The translations under genes and the position numbers were made by a program. Shown here one piece after another: positions 10,221 to 22,760 of a DNA stretch of 64,000 bases. The stretch lies in contig NC_045697.1 of the NCBI RefSeq assembly GCF_009834535.1, forward strand, positions 3,536,001-3,600,000. Reading direction: 5' to 3'. This stretch comes from Camelus ferus. Taxonomy: Eukaryota. The notes beneath the pieces are model-generated. The model had not been told where the DNA came from. It saw nothing but the letters and a program-made list of their open reading frames with translations, and did no database searches. Positions within the stretch are counted from its first letter, which is position 1. Each line of letters opens with the position of its first letter.

Positions 10221-12059
10221 AGAGCTGGTGCTGTCGCGGCAGAAGAGGGCGGGGATGACCCTGTGCCGCCCATCAGGACATCTCGGGAGACTTAGAGCTA
10301 CGAGTGTCCCTGTACTGGGGCACGCTTTCAAAGATGGTTTAAATCACACTTTGCCTAAGAAAGGGTGGGGGCAGCCGGAGGCTGGCTTCCTTTTGCATCC
10401 AGACCCCTCTCACTCACCCACCCTCCGCCAGAGCTGCCACTCTTGTGGGGGAATCAGCCTTCACCAGGGAGGAGGACGAGGAAGATGGCTGTGGGCAAGT
10501 GGGCCTTCTGCTAGAAGGGGATCTTTCAGGTGCAGCTGCCGTGGGGAGGCCTTTGGCATCCTCCGTGGAGAGGCTGCCCCTAGCGCCCGATGGCTTTGAG
10601 CATCGCCTGCTCCCTCGGGGCTCACGTCCCGGCTCCGGGCTCCATGTCTCTCTCAGAGTCCCTGTGCCAACACTCTCTCAGCTGGGCCTCAGGTCAAGGT
10701 GGCCACCCTGTCCCATCCAAACAGGGCCAGGAATCCCCATCAGCATCAGGCAGCCACGCGGTTCAAGAAACCCACGTCTGACCATTCAGGGGCCACGTGC
10801 AACGGCAGTACCGGAACCGCCCGCTCGGGGCACCTTAGTAAGTTGTCTTAAACCACCCCACTTCTGTGACGTCATCAGGAAACTTTGACACCACTTCCAT
10901 AAACAGAAAAGTGAGCATGACTGATGTGGAAGTCAGCGGACGCTAACCGCAGCACAAACAACGCAAATGATGCGTTCTCTCCTTCTGCGTGTGGTTTACC
11001 CAAGATAAGCCAGGGCCCTGGGCCTGCCCTCGCTTCAGCTGTCAGGGGCGTGCTCGCCAGAAGCCAAGCCACTCCCCTACGATCAGGATGGGGAAGACAG
11101 AAAGAGGCCTGCCATCCCCTTCCAGGCCTCCAGGGTCACTCGGCACACCTGTCCTCGTCCCTCCTCGGCAGCAGAAATTCCACACTTTGGAAGACACCCA
11201 GCTTCTCCAAGTGCAGAATCCCTGCCCCACTCAGCATCCTCGCCACAGCCCCGGGGAGCTCACTACCTCACCAACGCAACTCCAGCAGGACAGGAAACAC
11301 CAGTGAGACTGCTGACAGGCCTCAGCAGCTTCAGCTTCTGTAAAACCAGACTGACAACAAAAGCCCATCCTCTGTGAGTGCTATTTCTGTGAAGCCAAAA
11401 AGCTGGGGGAGCTCACAGGCGAGATTTGTATTCGTGGGCAATGACTCTCTTCAAATGGAGCCGGGCTTGCGTGGAGGCTCAGGTTAAGCCCCAAATCTCC
11501 GGCTGGTGTTGAGCATGTCTTTGAGAACAGTGACCCTGGCCTCGTCGGCCCTTATCTGGCACCCGAGAACTCATAACCGGGGCGGCCTCTGGAAGACTAT
11601 GCCCCTTGGAAGGAGATTCTCCTGGTGACGTCGCCAGAAACTGCTTCCCTGGGCAGTCCTGGACACTCACACTTTGGAAGTCGCTGCTGCTGAGAAACCT
11701 TCGGGGGCCTGGGATTGGCAATGTCCCACATCTCCAATCCTGTCCCCAGCCGGGCTCTGGGCAGCTGGAGGGGGAAAGGTTGCCAGCAGACTGGGGAGGG
11801 GGACCGGGCCCAGGAATAGGCAAATCATCACAGTCGTGCTTTGAACGTCTGAGACTAAGTATTTTAAGAAAAGCATTTTTAAAATAACATTTGGTGGTTT
11901 CTAAAAAGCAAATTTCTCCAGCTGTCTTCACCATGTTTTCTAAGCATGCCACAGCCTAAATGAATGTAGGACATTCACAGAGGTCTTAGTATAAATCCTG
12001 CAAACAAAGTGACGTCTTTCTAGTGAGTCCCCTGCCTCTGCTTAGAAGAGTCCACAAAT

Positions 12060-12225
12060 AGTCAGGGTCTACAAGGTTCTGTCCCGCTCTAGCTACGAGT
12101 CTCTGGCAAGTTGCCCATCTCTCGAGCCTCCGGCATCCCATCTGTAAAATGGACTCCGGTAATTTCTGCATACCTGCTGTGAGAAGACTGTTTAGTGGGG
12201 AGGCTAATACCCTGTAACTCTCATC
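12060..12225 (+). mobile_element. MIR SINE
   Basis: GGCAAGTTGCCCATCTCTCGAGCCTC...CATCTGTAAAATGG. Confidence 0.7.
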
Positions 12226-13129
12226 TGCGGATGAAGCCTCACTGCGGATGTATGTCTCTATAGCTGCAGCTTCCCAGCCAAGCTGCCTTTTAGCTTGCAC
12301 ACCTCGTAGGATGGGGCGCTCCCCACCTCCCAAAGCCCCCCTCGTCTTTAGCTGAACTTGTCTCCCATCGGTCCCAGCTCTGCCTCATGGGCCCACACAG
12401 GCTGCATCTGCTCCCAGAGTCACCCTAGAGACACTCAACAGCCGTCCTGTCCTCCCTCTTCTCTGCCCAGGACTCAAGCTGTCCAGCTCCCACGAACTCA
12501 CTGCAAACCAACAAACTGGGGGGCAACTCACAGACTGCATGTGATTTCTCAGAGAGTCCTTATTTTCAAAGCAAGTCCACGTGGAGAGCTGGTCCATTCT
12601 CCAATCTGCCTCCCTCCAACCTGGCAGCCTCAGCCACCCTCCCAGGCACAGGGACCCAGGGCAACAGACTTCCACAATGACTGCACACTCCTGCTTTAAA
12701 TGTGAGCAATCTACTGATCACACCAGATCAGGCAAAGACGGTCTATGTATGATACTGGGAAACTGAGAGGGATCAGATAAGAGGCTCTCTTTTGCTGACT
12801 GTCTCAGCCAAGATCAATTATAAATGCCAAGAATCCATCTGCATCCATGCTGGACAGTAGGGCCAGAAAAGAAACGTGACCTTTCCCCTCAATGAGATGG
12901 TCACAGAATGGGCCTAAGCTTGGGTGAGACAGACCCGGGTTAATTCTTAGCTGTCCGGGATCGTTTGGGTAGGGAGTGGGCCTGGAGAGGGTGGTGGAGA
13001 CTGGGAGTAACCCAGGGACACCATGTGCAAAGCCTGGCACATGGAGTTCTCTGAGGAGTGGGGAAGGGAAGGCGCCCCCCATAGGTGCTTTAAGTTACCT
13101 CAATGGACTCCCCAATAATAAACATCAGC

Positions 13130-14470
13130 CAGGAGAGAAGCAATCAAATCAATTTCAACAGAGATGTTAGTTTCCTTCAAGGTCATTTTCATCAACCAAA
13201 TTGGTTTCATTTTCACGGCCAAGAAGAGCCACCAGCTTCCCACACTTGTATTTAACATAAATATACCTGTAATAAATAAACATGAGCCTGCTTCTCTAAA
13301 AATTTCAGGTCAGTCTAAGGAATTTTAGCTAAAAGCAGAGGGAAATATATATATATATACACGTGTGCGTGTGTGTGTGTGTATCCTTCTTTGTGGAAAC
13401 GCATATATTGGCAACCTGTTTGGAGAGGGGAAGATGGCAGAAGGGTTGGGTTCTATTTTCGAAATCTAATTTACAAGCGCTCCCCAGGGTGGAGTCACTG
13501 TGTCTTCCTCCTAAGGGTGAGGATGGGAACATCTGGCAGGATTGTCCCTTATGTACACGAGACAGGATGCTGCCACTCACAGGGGTGACTTGTTACAGAA
13601 CAGACCTGTCAAATCAGGCTCCACATGTAAACTTCCTGAGCCGATTTAGTTAAATCACCAGCTTGGCATTTCATCGCCAGCTGTGTCGGAGGGCGTTCTA
13701 CCGTCCTGGGTGAAGGAGTGCCCTGCCACCATCACACCAGGGCCAAAAGCAGACCCATCTCCATCAACTTGACAAAGACAAAAAACTTAAATTAAGAGCC
13801 CTGGCTAAAATTAACAGTGATTGAAAGTTAATGACGGGGCAAATTTGGCAGAACGATTTCAACATGCGTCAAGATGCGGTCTCGGCTGTCAGATGGGAAA
13901 CTGAAGTGATAAATGTCAGTAGGAGATCCAGCTGAGACCATGGCCATGTGGCTTTGTGAGTGCCTTCCTTCCACGAGGTTCAGACCCTTGGCAGAAGGTC
14001 TGATCTGTCAGCCCATCACTGTCTCCAGCTTTGGGGCTGGACTAACATGTCTGCTTGTCAGCATTCAAATCTGTATCCGTGTGTCATCTCGGCACTATTT
14101 ACTTCAAACAGCAAGCAGAAGCAGCAGCTATTGGGTGAATAAACTGTAGCTTAACCATTTAACTCAATCAGCAAACAAATCACGGGAATAGAGACAAACA
14201 GCGATTCGAGATAATATGACGCAAAATTATAAAAATTATTTGAAATTCTACGCACAGCAGGTCCTCCCTGCACTTTCACAAGCACACTGAAAATCTGCGT
14301 GTCTGTTTCCTCCACGACACTGCGAACTCTTTGAAGGCAACAACCATGACCCGTACCCATGTTCCGATCCCAGCCCTGGTGCAGGGCCAGGACCCAGTGG
14401 AGGAGCAGCAAACTCCTGATAAACTATCTGGGAATGTCGCTCCGTGTAACTGTCAAAAACATCATGCCCA
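13130..14470. promoter_or_regulatory. Cluster of non-repeat AT-rich blocks, candidate conserved enhancer(s)
   Basis: About 1.3 kb with no recognisable transposon. TCAAGGTCA 13177-13185, several CTGTCA sites (13606, 13886, about 14006, 14450), CAGATGG 13890, TTAAATTAA and TTAATGAC. Confidence 0.45.
13345..13382. repeat. Compound (TA)n(TG)n microsatellite
   Basis: ATATATATATATATACACGTGTGCGTGTGTGTGTGTGT read directly. Confidence 0.9.
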
Positions 14471-14849
14471 CATACCTACATACGAACCCACAGAGACATG
14501 GGCACAGACACACAGACACGCGCAGAAAGCGAACCAGACAGAAGGGTGTCCGAGGGTAAGGGTGCTTGTCAGGGAACTGTTTTCTCTTCCTCACACTTGC
14601 AGGTTTTTCTGTAATAAGCATGCTTTGTATTTACAACCTGGGGGGGAATTCTATGCCCCAAGGGGTCATGTTTGGTACAGCTGCGCACAGTTACAGAGCT
14701 GTGTGCAGATGGGCATGAGATGGCCAGAGACGCAGACTCAGCTATCCAACTGTGCTCCTACTATGTGCAGAGGATTGCCTCCAATTGCTTTGAATCTTCT
14801 CGCATTGAATTCTCACAATCACCTGACTCTTGTGTTTACATCACAAACA

Positions 14850-15010
14850 TTTATCCGGAGATCTCTAAGTTATAAGCGTTTGCCTAAACTGATCTTCATA
14901 ACAACCCTGTGATGAGGTACTATTATCCCCAGTTACAGCTGGTGCTCAGAGAAGTTAAGTAACTGGCACACAGACACCAAGCAACTGATGAGAAAGGGGC
15001 TTGAATGAGA
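14850..15010 (-). mobile_element. MIR SINE
   Basis: ACAACCCTGTGATGAGGTACTATTATCCCC...CTCAGAGAAGTTAAGTAACT. Confidence 0.75.
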
Positions 15011-17510
15011 CCAACGGGCCGGCCAGGTCCACCCGCACGAAATTGGACACGTCTTGCTGCCCCCACCCACCCTGTGGGCTCTCACAGTGTTCTGGCCGTC
15101 CCAGAGCCTCAGTTGCCTCTAACGATTCTTGGGCGGGTGGGTGGTTTAAATGGCAGTGTGGTTGAAATGTGCGATGCTGTGGGCTGCCTTGTTAGTGTTT
15201 TTGTTGTGGCTGCTATGCCATTTCCACTAGGCTGGCCCAGGCTGTTCTGGGCAGGCTGGCCAGAACTGTGACGCTCCTCTGTGCAAACCGAGGTGGTGGA
15301 GCTTGGGGTCCCCTCGTGCTCACCACCACTGTTCACCAGAACTGGACCCAATCCCCAAAGGCTGGCCCTGGCAAGCCCTCACATCCAAAATCACACAGCA
15401 GTGCCCCGCCAGTGAAAACATGGGAGTTTTCATGAACTAAGACAGAAGCCCATGGAGCTGGCCTCGATGCTTCCGGAACTTTTCCATTTATCATCTGAAT
15501 GAGACACTGATACAAACACCCAGCACCCCCATGTGATGATTCCACATCCCCACGCTTGACTCAGAGGTAGGAAAAAACACAGACGCCCCACCTGAGGCCG
15601 AGTTTCCCCGTGAGCAGAGGAGTGAGCTCCTCCCCTCTGGGGACAAGCAAGCAGACGCCTGGACAAGGTGTGCAGGGGGTTCGCGAGAGCCGGAGCTGGA
15701 CCGGGCGGCCTCTCAGGCCCTTCCCCCTCCCGTGTGCCAGGACCCACCCCACACACTGTCGTTCCTCACTGCCACGCCAGGAGCCTGGCGACAGATGGAC
15801 TTGGTCTGACATTTCCCTCTGAGGGTCCCTCCCATCCCAGTCCGGATTTGGGATCTTTCGGTATGTCTGCAGTAAAGCTCCAACCCAAGGATGACATCCC
15901 ACCGTAAGGGGAGCTGGGGTCAGGGTGTCCCGGCTCAAGGCCCTTCCTCCAGTCAGAGACGCGGGCAGGAGCACAGGCCACTGCAGAGTCAGGGTGACAA
16001 CAGAGACCCAAGCCTGTGTCCCTGTCAGGGAGGGGACGCAGCACTGCAGGGACTGCTGCTGAACGCAAACTGCAAAGCGCGGGTTGCTCAGTGATTAGGG
16101 ACCTTGGGCCTCAATGGCCACCGCGACGCCAGCCCTGGCCTCAGCAGGCGCTAGGCCATACAGGGTCCGAGGTGAACTGGGCCAGGAAGCATGCAGAAAG
16201 AAGCAGAAGACGGGTGGGTCAGGCCACGTCACTGGGAACCAGTACCCAGGGGTCTGGGAGGCATCCTGTTGCTGCAGCCAGTTTCCACTGCAATGGGAGA
16301 AATTCAGGGAAAACAAGCTACTGAGTGACCAGCGGGGATGGGGACCCAATGCCGAGCTGATGGCACCCCCACCTCCGAGACTCCCAGGGCCTGTGTACAG
16401 GTGGCTTCACGGCAGCACAGCTCATCTGCACGTGATTACAACCCACAGCTCCCGAGCCCGTGCCGCACACAGGGAATTTCAAATTGCCAACACCGGCCTT
16501 TCACGGGGTCCAGGCTCCTCTGTGCACACAGAGATCCTAGGGCCCCAGGGAGAAGGAATAACCCAGCCTCCGACTCAACCCGTTTTTTTCCCCTCAGATA
16601 ATACATGAATAGAGTCCTACCAAGACACCGAAACCTGGAGGCTGAAGAAGGCGGAGTTCAAGACTTAAGTGTGAAATAATGAATTTATAATCTCTCTTGA
16701 GAGCTGTCAGAATGGAAAATGACATCGCCATGGAAACCAGGAACGTGTCATGAGGTTCTCAAGGAGGACAGAGGAGGGAACTTCAGAGATGCTCCAGGTT
16801 CAAAGGAGTGAGCCATCAGCCTGCAGGACGGGGCCCTGCCGGTCTCAGAATGTGGTGGTGGTGGGAATGCGGGCCCTGTGCCCTCAGAATCTGCAGTCGG
16901 TTCACAGGTGGGCACAGCAGAAGGGTCCAGAGGATGCCATGGACCTCGGGACAAAAAGCCCGATTCTCAGCAGGAGGCACCAAGAATGTTCGGCAAACAC
17001 CTGGCACTGCTCGGTGCAGGGAAGCCCTGTTCTTGCCTCCAGGAGTCCCCAGAGCTGGGAGAAAGAGGAGGAGGAGGATGCCACAAGACCCAGCAGAGGC
17101 CCCCAAGTCAGAACAAAGCCCCAAGCAGGTGCCTGGAGTGGAGACGCCAGGGAGGGGCGACAGGGTGGCCTGCACCAGGTAGGCGGACAGAGAAAGGAGG
17201 GACAGAGACCCTGGTGATGAGCAGAGGAAGTGACAGGCCGTGTGCACCGCAGCAGGACTTGGCCCTGGATAAGGCAGGACAAAAGCGAGCAGCCGCAGGC
17301 TCCAGCCAGAAGGCACTGGGCAAACAGAACTCAGATGACTTACCCAGAGGTACACCACAGAGGACGCGCACGAGGACGGTCACGGGGGCTGCGGGACAGC
17401 ACGGGGGTCGGGTAAGCAACGAACAGGCAGGAGACAGCCCGGGCACGCGGCCGCAGCCCGGCCACACCAGCCGCGCCTGCGAGACCCGAACGGGCCACTC
17501 GAAGAGGAGT

Positions 17511-17528
17511 GCAGCCACCTGGTGGCGC
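17511..17528 (-). promoter_or_regulatory. Candidate CTCF binding site
   Basis: Minus strand reads GCGCCACCAGGTGGCTGC, containing the CTCF core CCACCAGGTGGC, inside a CpG-rich patch. Confidence 0.5.
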
Positions 17529-18999
17529 GGGGTGACCTTGTTTCCTTATAGGGAAAGCTTCGATAGTGTTGATGTATAATTTTTCAATAAAAAAATGAGT
17601 CCACCAAGCTGCCAAGGACCCTAACTTTAAATAGTTTTACTCGGGTCGTTAATTCTATCTCAGCCTCGTTACGAGCCATTATCGAGGACAGCAATGACAA
17701 AGCTCCCAGACAGACCAGTCTGGCCTCTGAACCCAGACTTCCCCCTGCCTCCTCCTTGCTGGCGCCAAGCTGCACACTCAGAGCAGGCACCTCGGGGGCA
17801 CAGCGCCCCTGCCCTCTGCCCAGGCTCACACATCAAAATAGAAGAAAGACCCTGCAGCCGCCCTAAGTGTTTCTGGGCCCTTCTGGCGCCATGAACACAG
17901 CTCTGGCTGGAGGTCAGGGCTCCTATTCCAGCTCAGACATTAGAAGCTGGCGACCTCGAGCGAGGTGTATGCCCTTTGGGCACAGCCTCCCCCAGGCCCT
18001 TCCTGGGCACCGAAGGGGTTGATCTGAAAGGAAGGCGCAGCCTGCCTGTCTGGGCCGGGCACCCAGCAGGCACCCCCCCGCGTGGCCTGCTCACGCTGGC
18101 TGTACTGAGGCTTCCCTGCATTATCCCAGCACTTCGGTTTTTATTATTGTCATCACTATACCAATTTTATAGATGAGGAAACCAGGGCCAAGAGAGGGAG
18201 ATTCACTTGCACTTGGCCAATTTCATCCTTAAAAGCTGCTTCGGGGACCAAGAGTCACCTCTTGCAAACCATCTAGGGGATACGATCTGGCCTGACGTTA
18301 AGAACCAAGGGGTGGTCCTCAGTGGGGGAGACTTTTCAGGGGCTGCACCCAGGCCGGGTCAGGACCCGGCCCTGAAGGTGAGTCTGACATCTCCCCCAGG
18401 AGGCCAGGTCCCCTACACGCCCCCGCCCCCCCCCCCCCGCCGCCTTGTGAACAGGGGACACGTAATCCAGGGTGGGCAGTGACGGCTCACAGGCCCTTTG
18501 CAAACAGAGGGGTCCTTCAGTACTTTAAGCTGCTCTCCAGTGCCCCATAAACCTTCACGCAGCCCAGAGTGGAGCATTTAGGGCCGTAGGACGCTCCACC
18601 GTTCAGAGGCAAAGCGGCACACGCAGCTGACACACAGCCCCGGGTGGCGTGGGAAGGCAGGCGGGCGGAGGTGTCTGTCACCGGCTTGCACTCTGGAGCT
18701 GGGATTCGGGGGCAGGTTTGGGGCCCTGCCAAAGCCTTCATTATGCTTGGAGAGTGTTCTTTTTAAATTGTCTCTTTTTGTTTTCCCACTCCCCCAAATT
18801 TATTTAAAAATAAGCTGCGTGAAGTCAATGCACGCTTTCACAGGCCCATAATAAGCAATTTCCTAGCAAGTGTCAGAGCCAACGCTGCCTCCCGAGCGCA
18901 CATGCACCCGGGTCTATCAGCGGTTTGCAGACACTTGGCCTGAACAACCAAACCCCAAGGCCAGAAGGGCGGCAGGGGTACACAATGCACCCAGCAACC

Positions 19000-19230
19000 A
19001 CCGTGTTCTGTTGTGCCCTGAACCCTGTTACTGTGTTAGCCACCTCCACAAAGACATTATTTTTTCATTCTCCAATGACTCTGCAGCATAGATAAAATCT
19101 TTCCTATTTTACAGAAGAGGAACTTGTGGCTCAGAGAGGTTAAGGAACTTGCCCAAGGTCACACAGCTAGCAAGTCGCAGAAAAGAAACTCAAGCCCAGG
19201 CTATCAGAGCCCAGTGGTCTGTGCCTCACA
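19000..19230 (-). mobile_element. MIR SINE
   Basis: CCTATTTTACAGAAGAGGAAC...GCTCAGAGAGGTTAAGGAACTTGCCCAAGGTCACACAGCTAG. Confidence 0.85.
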
Positions 19231-19711
19231 GCTGTGTTTACGAATTTGCTGGTTCTCCATTCCGGCCACTGGGTTCTGGACACCCAGAAAACAGTCACCA
19301 CCCCTCTCACCTGAACAGTATTCACGGTGTAGTCAGGTCATTGCAAAGTACAATAGACTATCACCTCCCTTGCCTTAGCCCCTATGCTTCTATTAATGCA
19401 GCCTGAGGTAGAAGTGTCCAGGGAGCTGACACTCCGTGGAGATCTTGGGGCTCTTCTAACATCCGCTGCAGCTTGGAAAGGATTACCACCTACTCTGGGG
19501 CAGCTGGATTGGGAACCTGGATGCACAAATTACATCCTCCCTAGAAGATTGCTTCTGTGACTTTAAGTCCCTGCAGCTGGGTCAAGCTCTGCCATTAACC
19601 TGCTCATGGACTTGAGCCAAGGTCTCCCCTCATCTCCCAGTGGCCTGGGCCACAGCTTCCCAAACTATAAAAAGGGATTGGCAGGCTCAACCCAGTGGCT
19701 CCCCAACTGTG

Positions 19712-19870
19712 ACCTCAATAAATGCTTCAGAGAATAAGTGAACAAACGAATGAAGTAAGACTGAGGACCTGCCATGCGCCCGGCTCTGTGCTGGGGACAC
19801 AGCAGGGGACCAGACCCCGGGCCCCGCAGAACAGACCATCTCGGGGGAGGTGGACAACCAGCCCAGACGA
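19712..19870. mobile_element. Tail-to-tail L2 3' ends
   Basis: CTCAATAAATGCTT...GAATGAA (+) is followed by ACTGAGGACCTGCCATGCGCCCGGCTCTGTGCTGGGGACACAGC (-). Confidence 0.55.
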
Positions 19871-20664
19871 GGGAGCACACAGCCCACCGATGGTGACAAA
19901 GGCTGGAGCTGCCAGGGTGAGGGGCATGGACGACGTCTCAGAGACAAGGAAGCGGAGGAGGGAAGGGCAGGAAGATAAGAAGAGCAAGATTGAAGGGAGG
20001 CTGCCCGCCTTTCCCACCCATCCACAGCAGGACAGGAGATGCTGAGGACAAGGGAGCAGGGATGCTCAGACGGGCCTCACCCAAGCCCGACCCTCTGCGT
20101 TTGCCTCGGGCAGAGACTTGCGTGCCTGTGCTGATGGACGTCACGGTGACAAACGAGACCCAGGGACAGAGAGCCCACTTCCTGTACCTGTCGACAGCAA
20201 ACCACACCTACAGCCCCGGGCGTGCTTTGTCTGATGGCAGGGGAGAGGCCAACCCTGGCAGCCGCATCCGTGTCCCTGCCAAGTAAGGCAGACAGGGGTG
20301 GCTGTGCACGTATGTGACACCTGCTGAGAAGGTGACTGGTTCTCTCCTCCGTGGAGCACCGGCAAAGCCGTCCACGTCGTCTATTATCAGTAACGGAGCC
20401 CTGGCTGCCGCAAGCATGACAGCGAATAGCAGGTCTGTCAGGTTCCCAGGGCCACAAACTGCCCACACACCTGGGGTCCCAAGCCCCGCCCCAGGGGCCT
20501 GGGGCTCCACCACGCCCATGCGCGGGGCCAGCGGGTGGGGACAACAGCCCTCACACCGCGTCAAACAAAGTGATCCCAGCTGTCCCTGTTTTACCTCTTA
20601 GGCTCCATTTGAGATCCTTTTCGAGGAAATGGTTCTGGATCTTAAAAACATTTGAAAGCCACTG

Positions 20665-21080
20665 ACCACCACATCCAAAATGGAACTCCTGACCTCATCA
20701 GATGTCCCAAGCCCAGCCCTGTCCAGGCCCCCATCTCAGGCTGCAGTACCATCCATCCAGGCGCCCCAAACAAAAGCCTAGGGTCCTCCCCCTCCCCCCG
20801 CCCCATGCCCAAGTTACCACCAATTCCCATCCATTCTCATCTCCCCCACACCCTCCGCTTCCCTCCCGCTCTGCAGACGTCACTCCAGAGGGAGCCTCCA
20901 TCCTCCTCTGGACCACTGCAGCTCTCTGCGGTCCTCAAGGGGACACCTGGGCCTCCTCCTTCCCCCTCCCCCACACAGCAGCCAGGGCCATGTTTCCAGA
21001 ATGCCAATATGATCAGGGTCCCATCCGTGGCCCCTCACTGCTTTCATCACGGCTCAAAAACTCTGCCTGCCTTGGTTCCA
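20665..21080 (+). mobile_element. L2 LINE fragment
   Basis: ACATCCAAAATGGAACTCCTGA, CCCCATCTCAG and CACACAGCAGCCAGGG occur in L2 consensus order. Confidence 0.7.
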
Positions 21081-21354
21081 TGCAGCTCTCACCTCTGTGG
21101 TGGTGGCACGAATTGCAGCAGACGTCCCTGAGTTAGTGAATTACTCGTCAAAGCCCTTCAGCAACCTACCAGGTGGGGCAAGCCCCAGCCCACTCCCGCG
21201 ATGAGATTTCAGAGGCACAGAAAGACTATGAAGCGTGCAGCTCGGACACTGCAGAGCTGGAATTTGAATGCAGGTGGGCTGGCTCCGGAGCAGGGTTCAC
21301 CTACCCCTTCTGCCCGGGACCTTGAGTGCAGCAGGAGACAGAAGTGTCGTTCGT

Positions 21355-21530
21355 GAGAACGCTTGTGAACCCAGGCTCCGTCTCGTACTCACTGTGTGAC
21401 ATCAGGTAAGGTTCCCGAGCCCGGTGACCTAAGGTTTCTCTTCTGTAAAATGGAGCTGACAACACTGGCCCTAATGGTCACTGCCAGGCCCAAGAAATCA
21501 AGGTCGGGCATGTAGCAGGTGCTCCAGCCA
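21355..21530 (+). mobile_element. MIR SINE
   Basis: CTGTGTGACATCAGGTAAG...TTTCTCTTCTGTAAAATGGAG. Confidence 0.65.
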
Positions 21531-22059
21531 AGGTAAGTTCACCACCCCTGACTTTCGTTCTGTTTTGTAGACAGAATTAAGCAAAATCCATTCTCAAAGG
21601 GCGAGAAAATGTTACTGCAGCAATTCCTTCTTGGCCTGACCCTTTGCTAAATCCTTGTGCGTTGACCTGAGCAGGAGACAGAGACAGTCCAGAAATGGAG
21701 CACCTGCAGTGAGAGACACCACCAGAGGTCCTCCCCAGCCTGGCAGCAGCTGGCCGCCACCTGACAGCACACCATGTTGACAAGTTATGATCTCCAGGGA
21801 CTCCGGATCCAGCCCATAGAAAAGTCCGTCCCATTGCTTTTATCACACTGAAAGAAACAAGAACCAAATGTCCCCATGAAGACAGGTGCATTTCCCTGTC
21901 CAAATAAACCCCAGAATATTCCCACGTGGAAAGAAAGACGCCCACAATTAAACCCAGCTGATCTACGGTTAGCCAGGGTGTACGAGGCACCTACTGCTAA
22001 CAAGGCCATGCTCCACCCGGATTCCACTCCACAGCCTGTGCGTAAGGCTTCACAAGTTA

Positions 22060-22530
22060 TGCAGGTGGTGGTGGGGGTGATTATGAAGATTTGGGGGGTG
22101 GGGGTGATTAAGACGGTGACAGTGATGACGATGAGGATGGTAATTATGATGTGGTGATGGTGGTGGTGGTGGTGACAGTGATAATGGTGATGGCGGTGGT
22201 GGTGACAGTGATAATGGTGATGGTGGTGGTGGTGATGACAGTGATAATGGTGATGGCGGTGGTGATGGTGCTGATGTAGACGGTGATGAGGATGGTAATG
22301 ACAGTAGTGGTGAGGGTGATGATGAGGGTGATGCTGATGGTGATGATGGTGGTGGTGACTGTGATATTGGTGGTGATGTTAATGGTGATGAGGCTGAGGA
22401 TGGTGATATAGATGGTGATGATGGTGGTGATTAAGATGTGATGAGGATGGTGGTGATGATTGTGGTGATGTTGATAACGGCGGTGATTGTGATGGTGGGG
22501 ATGACGGTGGTGGTGGGGATGATGGTGACC
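22060..22530. repeat. (GGT/GAT)n low-complexity trinucleotide tract
   Basis: About 470 bp of GGT/GAT triplets. Includes three copies of a roughly 30-bp unit GGTGGTGGTGACAGTGATAATGGTGATGGC at 22165-22257. Confidence 0.9.
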
Positions 22531-22760
22531 ACTAACAATCACTGAGCCCTCTGCACTGTACAAAGTGCTGTAAATGTTTTGTCCCGTTTACCTCTCACAA
22601 CAACCCTGTGAAGGAGCAGATACTATCATTATTCTCATTTCACAGATGGAGACACATGCCCCAAAGGACTAGGTGTATTTCTCAAGGTCACATCTCTATT
22701 CATGGGCAGAGTCGACATTTGTTCAGATCCATCTGAGCCCAGAGCCTACCTGAATATGAC
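22531..22760 (-). mobile_element. MIR SINE
   Basis: CCTCTCACAACAACCCTGTGAAG...CTCATTTCACAGATGGAG...CAAGGTCACA. Confidence 0.8.

Noticed and set aside
22144..22563. His/Thr/Ile-rich ORF (-)
   Set aside because: Translation of the (GGT/GAT)n simple repeat.
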